A stretch of DNA of 64,000 bases from Candidatus Latescibacterota bacterium. Its GTDB lineage: Bacteria; Latescibacterota; UBA2968; UBA8231. Both the position numbers and the translations under genes were made by a program. Below, piece by piece: positions 34,792 through 44,089 of this stretch (its first letter is position 1; each line of letters begins with the position of its first letter). Below the pieces are notes generated by a model. It saw only the letters and a list, made by a program, of their open reading frames with translations. It was not told the DNA's origin and did no database searches. The DNA is taken from assembly GCA_965200315.1 (NCBI GenBank), contig OZ241362.1, positions 1,504,001 through 1,568,000 on the forward strand, in the 5' to 3' direction.

Positions 34792-35661
34792 CTAGGCCAA
34801 TTTGTCTTCTAGATACGTGCGAAACGCCGCGCCGAACTCTCGGTCGGCCAAGGCGAAATCCGCGAAGGCCCGATAGTACGTGAGCGGCGTTCCTATATCG
34901 TAGCGCACCTCGTCGCTCGCCAGGCGTGTGCAGCGGACCTCGGCCCCGCGCTGGATCAGCACGCGGATGGCATCGGTCAACCACAACTCGCCGCCAACCC
35001 CAGGCTCAATCTCATCAATGGCGGCGAAAATCTCCGGTGAAAAAATATAGCGGGCCGCAACCGCAAGACAACTCGGCGCGGCTTCCACCGCCGGTTTTTC
35101 AACGATGTCGGCGATGGCAAAGTCGTCGTCGGCCTCGCCTTGCGGTGTGACGACCCCGTACTTGTAGGTCTCCTCGCGCGGCACTTCCCATACAGCAATA
35201 GTAGCGGCCGCACCCCGCTGAACATGCGACTGCATCATCCGGCCGACCACGCCTTGCACCCGCGGCGAGGTGACGATCGTGTCGCCAAACCCCACCACAA
35301 ACGGCTCGTCGCCGACGAATTCCCGCGCTTGGCGCACGGCATCAGCATTGCCGGCTGGTCGCCGCTGCCGAACATAGTAGAACTCAACGCCCGCGGCCGC
35401 GTAGTCAACCTCGCCGATCTCGCTATCGCCCAAGCGCGCCGCAAGCTCTGGATCGTCGTCGAAGTGATCCTCAATTGAGCGCTTCTTGCGACCTGTTACA
35501 AAGAGAAACTTGTCCAATCCCTGCGAGATCATCTCCTCGACCACGTATTGCACGACAGGCTTGCAACCAACGGGCAACATCTCCTTGGGTTGGGACTTGG
35601 TCGCCGGCAGCAGGCGGGTGCCCAAACCGGCTACGGGGAATACGGCTTTGCGAATCGGCAC
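34792..35661 (-). CDS. galU: UTP--glucose-1-phosphate uridylyltransferase family
   Basis: KAVFPVAGLGTRLLPATKSQPKEMLP, IVEKP and RYDIG. Confidence 0.85.
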   Translation of the reverse strand: MPIRKAVFPVAGLGTRLLPATKSQPKEMLPVGCKPVVQYVVEEMISQGLDKFLFVTGRKKRSIEDHFDDDPELAARLGDSEIGEVDYAAAGVEFYYVRQRRPAGNADAVRQAREFVGDEPFVVGFGDTIVTSPRVQGVVGRMMQSHVQRGAAATIAVWEVPREETYKYGVVTPQGEADDDFAIADIVEKPAVEAAPSCLAVAARYIFSPEIFAAIDEIEPGVGGELWLTDAIRVLIQRGAEVRCTRLASDEVRYDIGTPLTYYRAFADFALADREFGAAFRTYLEDKLA

Positions 35662-35710
35662 GTTTTCTTTTTATTTTAAGTTTAAGAGAATCAAGGACAT
35701 AACTATAAAA

Positions 35711-35745
35711 TAGCACCTAGTGAAAATAGGAAGCTATAGGTGCTA
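35711..35745. promoter_or_regulatory. 9-bp inverted repeat, possible operator between divergent genes
   Basis: TAGCACCTA-N17-TAGGTGCTA in an AT-rich intergenic region. Confidence 0.4.
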
Positions 35746-35783
35746 AATCAAGCCCGACCTGCCTGCCCCCGCGCCACCACTCC

Positions 35784-36830
35784 ATGTTTGACTTGACCCC
35801 AACTCGCCTGTGCGCCCTCGTGGAAGCGTTTCCCGCGCTACGCCTCGGCGTAGTGGGCGACTTTTTCCTCGACTCCTACCTCGAATGTGACCCGGCCCTC
35901 AACGAAAAGTCGCTGGAGACCCTCAAGACCTGCTATCAGGTGATCGGCTATCGCCGCCAACCCGGGGCCGCCGGCAATGTCGCCGCCAACTTGCGAGCCC
36001 TCGGCGTGGGTGTGGTCGAGGCCGTGGGCTGTTGCGGCGACGACGGCGAAGGCTACGAACTGCGGCGGGCCATGCGTCGGCTGGGCCTAGACTTGACGGG
36101 CTTTCTCACCGTCCCGGGCCGCTTGACCCCGACCTATGGCAAGCCCTGCTACGTCGATAGCAGCCAGCGCGGCCGACCCGTACTCGAGGAACTAGAGCGG
36201 CTCGATGCCAAAAACCGCCGGCCAACCCCTACCAGCCTCCAGAATGACCTCATCGACCACGTCCGCCAGCGCCTGAGCCAGTGGGATGGGCTCGTGCTCA
36301 GCGACCAAGTCGCCGAAGCCAATTGCGGCGTCCTCACTACGCACGTGCGCCGCACCATCGCCGCCGCGCTCAAATCCCACCCCGAACTCGTATCCCTCGC
36401 CGATTCACGCACGCGCATTGGCCTCTTTAAGCGCGCCATCCTCAAACCCAACCAGCGCGAGGCTTGGGCCGCGCTCGGCGGCCAAGGGCGCTTGTCGCTC
36501 AAGTCGGCGCACCACCACGCCCACGTACTAAGCAACCGGACTGGTCGCCCAGTGTTTCTAACGCTTGGCAATCGGGGGATACTCGTAGCCGACGGCAGCG
36601 CGGTCGAGCACGTGCCGGCCGTGTGCCTTGCCGCACCCGTCGACCCAGTCGGTGCCGGCGACACGTGTGCGGCCGCTATCAGCGCGGCCTTGGCGGCCGG
36701 TGCCGGGCTGACGGAAGCGGCGGCTGTAGCCTGCCTGGCAGCGTCTATTACCGCGCAGCAGACCGGCACGACGGGCACGGCCGCGCCCATCGATCTAAGC
36801 CGCCGCTTGCACCAGTTGCGGCGCAGCTAA
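35784..36830 (+). CDS. PfkB-family sugar kinase, RfaE/HldE kinase-domain-like
   Basis: VVGDFFLD, PGAAGNVAANL, LKPNQRE and DPVGAGD. Confidence 0.8.
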   Translation: MFDLTPTRLCALVEAFPALRLGVVGDFFLDSYLECDPALNEKSLETLKTCYQVIGYRRQPGAAGNVAANLRALGVGVVEAVGCCGDDGEGYELRRAMRRLGLDLTGFLTVPGRLTPTYGKPCYVDSSQRGRPVLEELERLDAKNRRPTPTSLQNDLIDHVRQRLSQWDGLVLSDQVAEANCGVLTTHVRRTIAAALKSHPELVSLADSRTRIGLFKRAILKPNQREAWAALGGQGRLSLKSAHHHAHVLSNRTGRPVFLTLGNRGILVADGSAVEHVPAVCLAAPVDPVGAGDTCAAAISAALAAGAGLTEAAAVACLAASITAQQTGTTGTAAPIDLSRRLHQLRRS

Positions 36831-38665
36831 GATGCGTAGGTCTGCTCGACGACTGTGCGATAGCGCTCGACGATCGCCTTGGGCACGATTTTCTTCAGAC
36901 CCTTGGTTAAAGTCCCGGCGTCCTCGCTCAGCGGCTCGGACAAGAGCGCGACGCGCTGCGGCCGCTGGTAGCCCGGCAGGCCGGCGGCCGTGGCCTCGGC
37001 GAGGAACCCTTGGCGGATCTGCTCTCCCAAGATCGGATGCGTCCGCAAGGCCGCCTCGTCCTCCAACGGCAACCCGTCAATGCCGCTGTTTTTTGCCTCC
37101 TCTACATCCACCGTCACCAACGGCAGGGGGTAGTCGCGCTGCTGGTCGCCGTACACGACCACGTGCTCGACGAGCGGCACCCGGGCGAAAATCCGCTCTA
37201 GGGCTTCGGGATTGACGAACTCGCCGTTACGCAGCTTGAACTGCCGGCCAACCCGCCCGTGGAACGAAAGAAAGCCCTCGTCATCCATGCTGAACAAGTC
37301 GCCGGTCCGATACCAGAGCTGGCCGTCTTCCTCCACTAGCACCTGCTTGGTCTGCTCGGGGGCGTGCAAATACCCGCGCATGACGTTGGGGCCGCTGGTC
37401 CACAGCTCCCCGACCTGATCGCCACTGGGCCGGAATTCGTCCTGTGCTGGATCGTTGTAGCCGATTTCCGCCCCATCTTCGGCCACGATCTTCACTGCCT
37501 GCAACGGCCTTCCCACCGTGCCGCTTTTGCGCCCACCGAGATGGTTGGCGGCAATCAGCGGCGCACACTCGGTCGTGCCGTAGCCCTCGTATGTGGTGAT
37601 GTCGAGCACGTGCTGAAAGAAGTCCAACGCCTTGGGATCGGCTTTGGCCGAGCCGACGATCAAAAGCTCTAGATGAGGCCCGACCCGCGTGGCAAGCTGA
37701 GCGCGAATTTTGCCGATGATTGAACGGCCTATGGCCGCCAAAAAGAGCTTGTCGCCCAGCCTAGCTTGGCCGCACGCCAACCGCTCCTTGGCCACTACCG
37801 AGCGCTGGATCAAGCCCCCCTTGACGCCGCCAGCGTCGATTTCCTTGCGCACATTGCCGTACACTTTGTCGAGTATTAGCGGTACGGTGAGGAAGCCCTC
37901 CGGCTCTGAGAGGCGAATATCGCTAAGGACGCGGCCGGGCGAGCGCGCCAAGTCCAAAATCCATCCTTTGGCCAAGGGATAGTAGATGTTGAGAATTCCC
38001 ATGGAGTGGTAGTCGGGCGCAGACTTGAACATGCGGAGTGGCTCGCGCTTGCTAATCACGTCCCAGACCTCTTCGACGTTGGCGACGATGTTGGCGTGGG
38101 TCTGGATCACGCCCTTGGGCAGGCCGGACGAACCCGAGGTATAGAGAATTTTCGATTCATCTTCCGGCCGCACTTCGACCTCGGGCACGGCCGCACTACT
38201 CTCTGCCAGCTCTCCCCAAGGAATCGCGCCCTCGGCTTCGCCCTCGGTCAACGCAATCCGCGGCGGCTCGTCCAGCCGCTCCCGGACGGTATCAAATCGC
38301 TCGTAGCCCTTGCGATCTACGACCAGCAGTTCAACCGCAGAGTGCGCAATGCTGTGGGCGAGCACCTCGTCAGGCGACTGGATGCACAGCGGTACCGCAC
38401 TGACCCCAATGCAGTCGGTCGCCAGAAAGACCAACAGCGGCTCGCTGCCGCCATCGGTGAGGATGCCCACGCGCTGACCCTTGGCCAAGCCCTGTGCCGC
38501 CAGGCCAGCCGCGAGCCGATCGCGGCGGCTTTTGAGCTCGGCATAGGTCACGGGTTGGTAGCTCAATGCGCGGCTGCCCTCTACGGGCTTGAGCTCTCGA
38601 ACGGCCGTCTGTTCGGCATAGGTTGCGAAGCTATGGTTGAGTAGGTCCCTCAGCGTTTGTCCCAT
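36827..38665 (-). CDS. AMP-dependent long-chain acyl-CoA synthetase family
   Basis: Start moved to MGQTLRD. YTSGSSGLPKG, EGYGTTE, GPNVMRGY, YRTGD and LTKGLKK. Confidence 0.85.
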   Translation of the reverse strand: MGQTLRDLLNHSFATYAEQTAVRELKPVEGSRALSYQPVTYAELKSRRDRLAAGLAAQGLAKGQRVGILTDGGSEPLLVFLATDCIGVSAVPLCIQSPDEVLAHSIAHSAVELLVVDRKGYERFDTVRERLDEPPRIALTEGEAEGAIPWGELAESSAAVPEVEVRPEDESKILYTSGSSGLPKGVIQTHANIVANVEEVWDVISKREPLRMFKSAPDYHSMGILNIYYPLAKGWILDLARSPGRVLSDIRLSEPEGFLTVPLILDKVYGNVRKEIDAGGVKGGLIQRSVVAKERLACGQARLGDKLFLAAIGRSIIGKIRAQLATRVGPHLELLIVGSAKADPKALDFFQHVLDITTYEGYGTTECAPLIAANHLGGRKSGTVGRPLQAVKIVAEDGAEIGYNDPAQDEFRPSGDQVGELWTSGPNVMRGYLHAPEQTKQVLVEEDGQLWYRTGDLFSMDDEGFLSFHGRVGRQFKLRNGEFVNPEALERIFARVPLVEHVVVYGDQQRDYPLPLVTVDVEEAKNSGIDGLPLEDEAALRTHPILGEQIRQGFLAEATAAGLPGYQRPQRVALLSEPLSEDAGTLTKGLKKIVPKAIVERYRTVVEQTYAS

Positions 38666-38765
38666 CGCAAGCCTCTTTCTGGTGAGTTGTATCGTTGTCG
38701 TTTGCGGCGCACAAAAGGGCCGTCCAGCCATTGCACCCACGGCCTGGCGACCGCATCTTCCCTAG

Positions 38766-40394
38766 ATGAATTCTCGCTGCAACCGCGCCTTGGTCTTGTT
38801 GTTTTTGGCCTGCCCGGCCGCCGCCTCGGCTCAGCCTTCGGTGGCTATGTTCGGCTACTCGCTCAGCATGGGCAGCGTCACCGTGGACCAAGAGCAGCTA
38901 TATCGCCTTAGCCTCCGGCCCGACTTCCCCCTAGGCCGCTTGGGTATTGGCCTCGACTTAGAATTGTTTGTCGAGCGCAATGGCGACCTCGGTCCACGCG
39001 GCTGGGAGGCCGGCTCGTCAACCCAAGTTTTCGACTCGCTCTTGCGCAAGCTCTACTACGTGCGCTATGGCCGCCCCAAAGACGCGGTGTACGTCAAAAT
39101 CGGCGCACTCGACAGCGTGACGCTGGGATACGGCCTCATCATGGACAACTACCGCAATACCCTGCACTATCCAGGTATCAAAAAAACCGGACTCCAGTTC
39201 CGCATCGCCAATCTTGTCGGCACTAATATCGGACTCGAAGGAGCTATCAACAACCTTCAAGATTTCCAAGAGGGCGGCGCACTCATCGGACTACGGGCCT
39301 TTGGCCGCGCCGCCGACATCGAACTAGGCGTGACCTTTGTGGCCGATCTGGACCAGTACAGCGGCCTGCGCGACAGCGATTCCGACGGCGTACCCGACCC
39401 CATTGACGCCTTCCCGCACGACGGCAACGTCGCTCTCGACAACGACAACGACGGCGTACCCGACCACAGCGACAGCGACGACGACAACGACGGCATCATC
39501 GACGCCGACGCCGGCAGCGGCCTCTCCGCCGACATTGCCTCCGCCTTGTTGGGGCTCAACGCCCAGTACGGCAACGTCTTCCCAGTGGACCAAGACGTAG
39601 ATCGCCACAAGCCCTTCAACAGAAACCGCGTGGGCCGCGACTTCTTTTCAATTTGGGGCGTGGATGCGAGCTATCCGCTCATCCACGACCTAGGCCTAGA
39701 GCTCAAGCTCTACGGCCAACTCGCCCTGCTGCTCGACGACGACGATGCCCTCTCCAGCTTCGAGGCACAACAACAGGGCGTCTTCCCCGGCAATCGCCAA
39801 GCGACCGGATTCGGAATCGCCGCCCCGGGCTTGTGGCTGGCCTTAGGCCCGCTCAACGGCCAACTGGATTTCCGCCACTTCCGCCGCGATTTCGACTCGC
39901 GCTACTTCGACGAACTCTACGAACTCGACCGCACTCACCTCGACCTCGCCACCGGACAGGCCCAGTCTAAGGACGCGCGACTCGGCTACAATAACGATCT
40001 CTCCGGCTTCTTCGGTCACTTGGGCACAGAACTCGGCTCGTACGCGTACGCCTCGGTCTCCTATCAGTATTTGACGGGCACTGGCGACCCAAAACAGCAG
40101 CTCATCGCCAGCGCATCCCTGTCGCGCAAACTGCTCAAATATTTTCCTCGCCTCAAGCGTGCGTACGCTTATTTTCACAAGAACAACATCGGCCGGGGCC
40201 TCAACGAGGCCGGCACCGGCCAAGACGGCTTCTTCGATCCTACCAAGGACACCTTCTATGGCTTTGACGTCGGACTGAACATGAAAGAAGGCACCTCCGT
40301 GCGCTGGAATACTCGCTTCGTTTTTGAACGTACCGCCAATCGGCACTTGCAGCGCCACAAAGTCATGACCCTCGAAACCGTATTCGACTTTTAA
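38766..40394 (+). CDS. Putative outer-membrane beta-barrel with an inserted thrombospondin type-3-like Ca-binding repeat block
   Basis: Signal peptide; DSDSDGVPDPIDAFP..DNDNDGVPD..DDDNDGIID (~39372-39512); terminal TLETVFDF. Confidence 0.6.
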   Translation: MNSRCNRALVLLFLACPAAASAQPSVAMFGYSLSMGSVTVDQEQLYRLSLRPDFPLGRLGIGLDLELFVERNGDLGPRGWEAGSSTQVFDSLLRKLYYVRYGRPKDAVYVKIGALDSVTLGYGLIMDNYRNTLHYPGIKKTGLQFRIANLVGTNIGLEGAINNLQDFQEGGALIGLRAFGRAADIELGVTFVADLDQYSGLRDSDSDGVPDPIDAFPHDGNVALDNDNDGVPDHSDSDDDNDGIIDADAGSGLSADIASALLGLNAQYGNVFPVDQDVDRHKPFNRNRVGRDFFSIWGVDASYPLIHDLGLELKLYGQLALLLDDDDALSSFEAQQQGVFPGNRQATGFGIAAPGLWLALGPLNGQLDFRHFRRDFDSRYFDELYELDRTHLDLATGQAQSKDARLGYNNDLSGFFGHLGTELGSYAYASVSYQYLTGTGDPKQQLIASASLSRKLLKYFPRLKRAYAYFHKNNIGRGLNEAGTGQDGFFDPTKDTFYGFDVGLNMKEGTSVRWNTRFVFERTANRHLQRHKVMTLETVFDF

Positions 40395-40396
40395 TT

Positions 40397-41509
40397 ATGA
40401 AAATCACGCGCGTATCCGCTCATTATCTGCGCCTGCCCGACGTCACCACTCGCTGCGATGGCACGCAGGACACCTGTCTGATCCAAATAGAAACCGACGC
40501 TGGCATCACCGGCTGGGGCGAGGTTGATTCGGCTCCTACCGTGGTCAAGGCCGTCGTCGAGGCCCCGCTCTCCCACCAGATTAGCAACGGCCTCGCCAAC
40601 GCGCTGGAGGGCCTAGACCCGCTGGCCATCGACGTATGCGGAGAGCGCATGCTCGACGCGGCCAACTACTATGGCCGCGTCGGCGTAGGTACGCATGCCA
40701 TGGCCGGCGTCAACCTCGCGCTGTGGGACATTGCCGGCAAAGCGCGCGGCTGCCCGGCCTACGAGCTGCTCGGCGGCCCCTATCAAACCAAATTCCGCGC
40801 GTACTGCTCCATCCTCTTCGGCGACACCCCGCAAGAGACCGGCGAACTAGCCCGCCGCTTTGCCAACGAGGGGTTCACGGCCATCAAGTTTGGCTGGGGG
40901 CCGATGGGACAGAGCGAGGCAAACGACATCGCCTTGGTGCGCGAAGCGAGGAAGGGGGCTGGGCCGGATGTGGACATCTTGGTGGACGCTGGGCAAGTGT
41001 GGGACTGGAAAACCGGCCTCAAGCGCACCGAGCAGTTCGCCGAGTACGGCATATTCTGGCTCGAAGAACCTTTGCATCCCGAAGATGTCGCCGGCTATGC
41101 GCACCTATGCGAGCGCAGCCCGGTGCCCATCGCCACGGGTGAGGCCGAGTCGCGCTATCAGGACTTTGAGCGGCTGCTCGTCAATGGCCACATTGACTGG
41201 GTTCAACCGGACCCGGGCCGCTGCGGGCTTTCAACCATGGTCGAGGTGGGCCGCCTCGCGCACCGCCTGCATCGCAAGGTAGTCAACCACTCGTTCAAAA
41301 GCGGCATCACCATCGCCGCCTCCCTGCACGGACTTGCGGCAGTTCCCCACGGCAAGGTCTTTGAATACTGCATGGCCGACTCACCCTTGCGCCACGACCT
41401 GACGCACGAAAAATTCACAGTCGTTGATGGCTACGTTCACGTACCGGAGGGACCGGGGTTGGGCGTGACCATCAATAAAGAAGTCGTAGAAAAGTACCTA
41501 GTGAATTAA
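40397..41509 (+). CDS. Mandelate racemase/muconate lactonising enzyme family (acid-sugar dehydratase-like)
   Basis: ETDAGITGWGE, ALWDIAGK, LVDAG, WLEEP, ATGE, QPD and PEGPGLGV. Confidence 0.9.
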   Translation: MKITRVSAHYLRLPDVTTRCDGTQDTCLIQIETDAGITGWGEVDSAPTVVKAVVEAPLSHQISNGLANALEGLDPLAIDVCGERMLDAANYYGRVGVGTHAMAGVNLALWDIAGKARGCPAYELLGGPYQTKFRAYCSILFGDTPQETGELARRFANEGFTAIKFGWGPMGQSEANDIALVREARKGAGPDVDILVDAGQVWDWKTGLKRTEQFAEYGIFWLEEPLHPEDVAGYAHLCERSPVPIATGEAESRYQDFERLLVNGHIDWVQPDPGRCGLSTMVEVGRLAHRLHRKVVNHSFKSGITIAASLHGLAAVPHGKVFEYCMADSPLRHDLTHEKFTVVDGYVHVPEGPGLGVTINKEVVEKYLVN

Positions 41510-41531
41510 CTGACGATCCGCATCCTAAGCG

Positions 41532-41662
41532 GGGCCCTACCCCTTAGCCCCCTTCCGCTGCGGAAGAGGGGAACCGAAGCGGCCCCTACCAAGGCCGCGG
41601 ATACGCGGTTGTATCGACTCCCCCTTCCCTCGCAGGAAAGGGGGCCGGGCGGATAGGGGCCC
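41532..41662. repeat. REP/BIME-like element: two inverted C/G-rich hairpins
   Basis: CCCCTTCCGCTGCGGAAGAGGGG and CCCCTTCCCTCGCAGGAAAGGGGG, flanked by GGCCCTA / TAGGGGCC in inverted orientation. Confidence 0.65.
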
Positions 41663-41714
41663 AGCCCAAGACCCGCGGAACATTCAGTAAGTTAAACCCA
41701 AAAGGTTCCCCGCC

Positions 41715-42848
41715 ATGCCCGATCGCCCTATGCTCATCATCGACGGCCACCTCGACTTGGCCTTCAACGCCCTCCACCACCGCCGCGACCTCACCCAAGA
41801 TGTGCGCGTCCTGCGCGAGCGCGAAGATCCCAAACCCGTAGGCCCTTCGCACCCCGACTCGCTGCGCGACAGGAAGCGCCCCGAAAGCACCGCACACGGC
41901 ACCGCTACCGTATCCTTGCCGCAGATGCGCCAAGGCTGCGTCGGCATCGCACTCTCGACCATTATGTGCCGCGTGCAGATGCCCACCGGCCTCCTCGACG
42001 ACGGCATGAGAACCCAAGAAGCGGCCCACGCCATCGGCCAATCGCATCTTCACTATTACAAAGCGCTAGAGCGCGAAGGTCAGCTCCGCTTCATCCGCGA
42101 CCCAAGCGATCTCGACGCGGCCATCGCCGCTTGGCAACATCCCGACTCAACGACCCCGATCGGCCTGATACTGAGCATGGAAAGCGCCGACCCCATCTTA
42201 GACCCTGAGCAAGTAAGTTGGTGGTGGGAGCAGGGCCTGCGCTCGGTTGGGCTAACGCATTTTGGTGCCAATACTTGGGGCCATGGCACCGGCACTCGCG
42301 GCGGGTTATACGCCGATGCTTATCCCTTACTCGACGCACTCGCCGCCACGAACATCGCCCTCGACCTAACCCACGCCTCGGACTTGGTCTTCTGGCAGCT
42401 TTTGGACTATTGGTCGGGACCGGTCCACGCCAGCCACTGCAATTGTCGCGCCCTCGTCCCCGGCCAGCGCCACCTCAGCGACGAGATGATTCAAGCCATC
42501 GCCGAGCGCGGCGGCGTCATCGGCGTGGTCTTCGCCGAGTTCATGCTCAATCCGGCAATCGACTTCGACGATCCAGCGACCTATCCGCAAACCGCCCGCC
42601 GCCCCATGTCGGCCGTCGTCGATCACATCGACCACATCTGCCAGCTCGTCGGCAACTGCACCCACGTGGCCATCGGCTCCGACCTCGACGGCGGCTTTGG
42701 GCGCGAAATGGCTCCCATCGACTACGACACCATTGCCGACCTACAGCACTTCCTCGACATCCTCGAGCGGCGGGGCTACGCGACCAACGACATTGCGGCC
42801 ATAGCCCATGGCAACCTCTCGCGCTTCTTCCGCCAAGCTTGGAGCTAA
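41715..42848 (+). CDS. Membrane dipeptidase (peptidase M19, amidohydrolase fold), paralog 1
   Basis: IDGHLD, MESAD, DLTH, ASHCNCR, HIDH and IGSDLDG. Confidence 0.85.
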   Translation: MPDRPMLIIDGHLDLAFNALHHRRDLTQDVRVLREREDPKPVGPSHPDSLRDRKRPESTAHGTATVSLPQMRQGCVGIALSTIMCRVQMPTGLLDDGMRTQEAAHAIGQSHLHYYKALEREGQLRFIRDPSDLDAAIAAWQHPDSTTPIGLILSMESADPILDPEQVSWWWEQGLRSVGLTHFGANTWGHGTGTRGGLYADAYPLLDALAATNIALDLTHASDLVFWQLLDYWSGPVHASHCNCRALVPGQRHLSDEMIQAIAERGGVIGVVFAEFMLNPAIDFDDPATYPQTARRPMSAVVDHIDHICQLVGNCTHVAIGSDLDGGFGREMAPIDYDTIADLQHFLDILERRGYATNDIAAIAHGNLSRFFRQAWS

Positions 42849-42852
42849 CACA

Positions 42853-43926
42853 ATGCTCATCCTCGACAGCCACCTTGATCTAGCCTTCTCGGCCCTGCAA
42901 ATCAACCGCGACCTAACGCAAAAGGCGACGACCGTGCGCGTCCACGACTCGGTGCAAACCATGGAGGGCTTCGGCTCCTGCACGGTGACCTTCCCCGAGC
43001 TGCGCCGCGGCAAGGTCGGCCTCTTCTGCGGCACGGTGATGTCGCGCTTGGACCTAGGCGACCGCTGGACCCGCACTGGCATGTACTGCCAAGCCCAATG
43101 CCACGGCGTCGGCCGCGGGCATTTGGCGTACTACCAAGCACTCGAACGCGCGGGTTTGCTGCGGTTCGTCAAAAGCATCGCGGATCTCGACGCAGCCATC
43201 GCCGCTTGGCAAAACCCCGAGCCAACAACCCCCTTCGGCCTGATCCTCGCCATGGAGAGTGCCGATCCCATTTTAGGCCCGGACCAAGTGCCCGAGTGGC
43301 GCGAACTCGGCTTGCGCCTAGTGTCGATCTCGCATTACGGCACCAGTACCTACTCGCACGGCACCGGTACCGAGGGTGGGCTGTTGCCGCCGGCCAAACC
43401 CCTGCTCGACGCGCTCAACGCGGCCGGCATCATCATCGATTTGACCCACTTGACCGACCAAGCCCACTGGGAACTTTTGGAAATATACGACGGCCCGGTC
43501 TGCGCCTCGCACCACAATTGTCGCGCCTTGGTCCCCGGCCAGCGCCAGCTCACCGACGAAATGATCCGCTCCATCGCCGAGCGCGATGGGGTCATCGGCA
43601 CGGCCTTTGACGCCTGGATGCTCGACCCGGGCTGGCAGCGCAAAGTCCCCGCCTTTGAACAACTGACCAGTGCCACCTTGGAAACCGTCGCCGACCACAT
43701 CGACCACATCTGTCAACTTTTGGGCACGGCGCGCCACTGCGGCATTGGCACCGATCTCGACGGCGGCTTCGGTACCGAGCAAGCCCCGCGCAACCTCAAC
43801 ACCATCGCCGATTTGCAAAAACTCCAGCCCATCTTCAAGCACCGTGGCTACTCGCCAGCAGACATCGCAGGCATTTTTTCCGGCCACTGGATCCGGCTCT
43901 TTAAGGATGTATGGAGCCGCTCTTGA
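42853..43926 (+). CDS. Membrane dipeptidase (peptidase M19), paralog 2
   Basis: Start moved to MLILDSHLD; same motif series as paralog 1. Confidence 0.85.
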   Translation: MLILDSHLDLAFSALQINRDLTQKATTVRVHDSVQTMEGFGSCTVTFPELRRGKVGLFCGTVMSRLDLGDRWTRTGMYCQAQCHGVGRGHLAYYQALERAGLLRFVKSIADLDAAIAAWQNPEPTTPFGLILAMESADPILGPDQVPEWRELGLRLVSISHYGTSTYSHGTGTEGGLLPPAKPLLDALNAAGIIIDLTHLTDQAHWELLEIYDGPVCASHHNCRALVPGQRQLTDEMIRSIAERDGVIGTAFDAWMLDPGWQRKVPAFEQLTSATLETVADHIDHICQLLGTARHCGIGTDLDGGFGTEQAPRNLNTIADLQKLQPIFKHRGYSPADIAGIFSGHWIRLFKDVWSRS

Positions 43927-44002
43927 TGCGCAACGACATCTAAGTCTATACTCTACATTCTCTTCTTTTTCGCTACAAATCGTTCAAAATCTTCTCTCAT
44001 TC

Positions 44003-44031
44003 TTGTTATTATTGCCATTTTTGCCTATACT
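44003..44031 (+). promoter_or_regulatory. Sigma70-type promoter for ilvBN
   Basis: TTGTTA-N17-TATACT. Confidence 0.5.
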
Positions 44032-44089
44032 TTGCTCAGGCTAATTACATAATAATCTTCAAACCATCCATTTTTAGGGAGAAATCGAC

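Noticed and set aside
43927-44089. Leader-peptide attenuator upstream of ilvB
   Set aside because: No Ile/Leu/Val-rich leader ORF with a terminator hairpin was found on the + strand, and the predicted leader is short.
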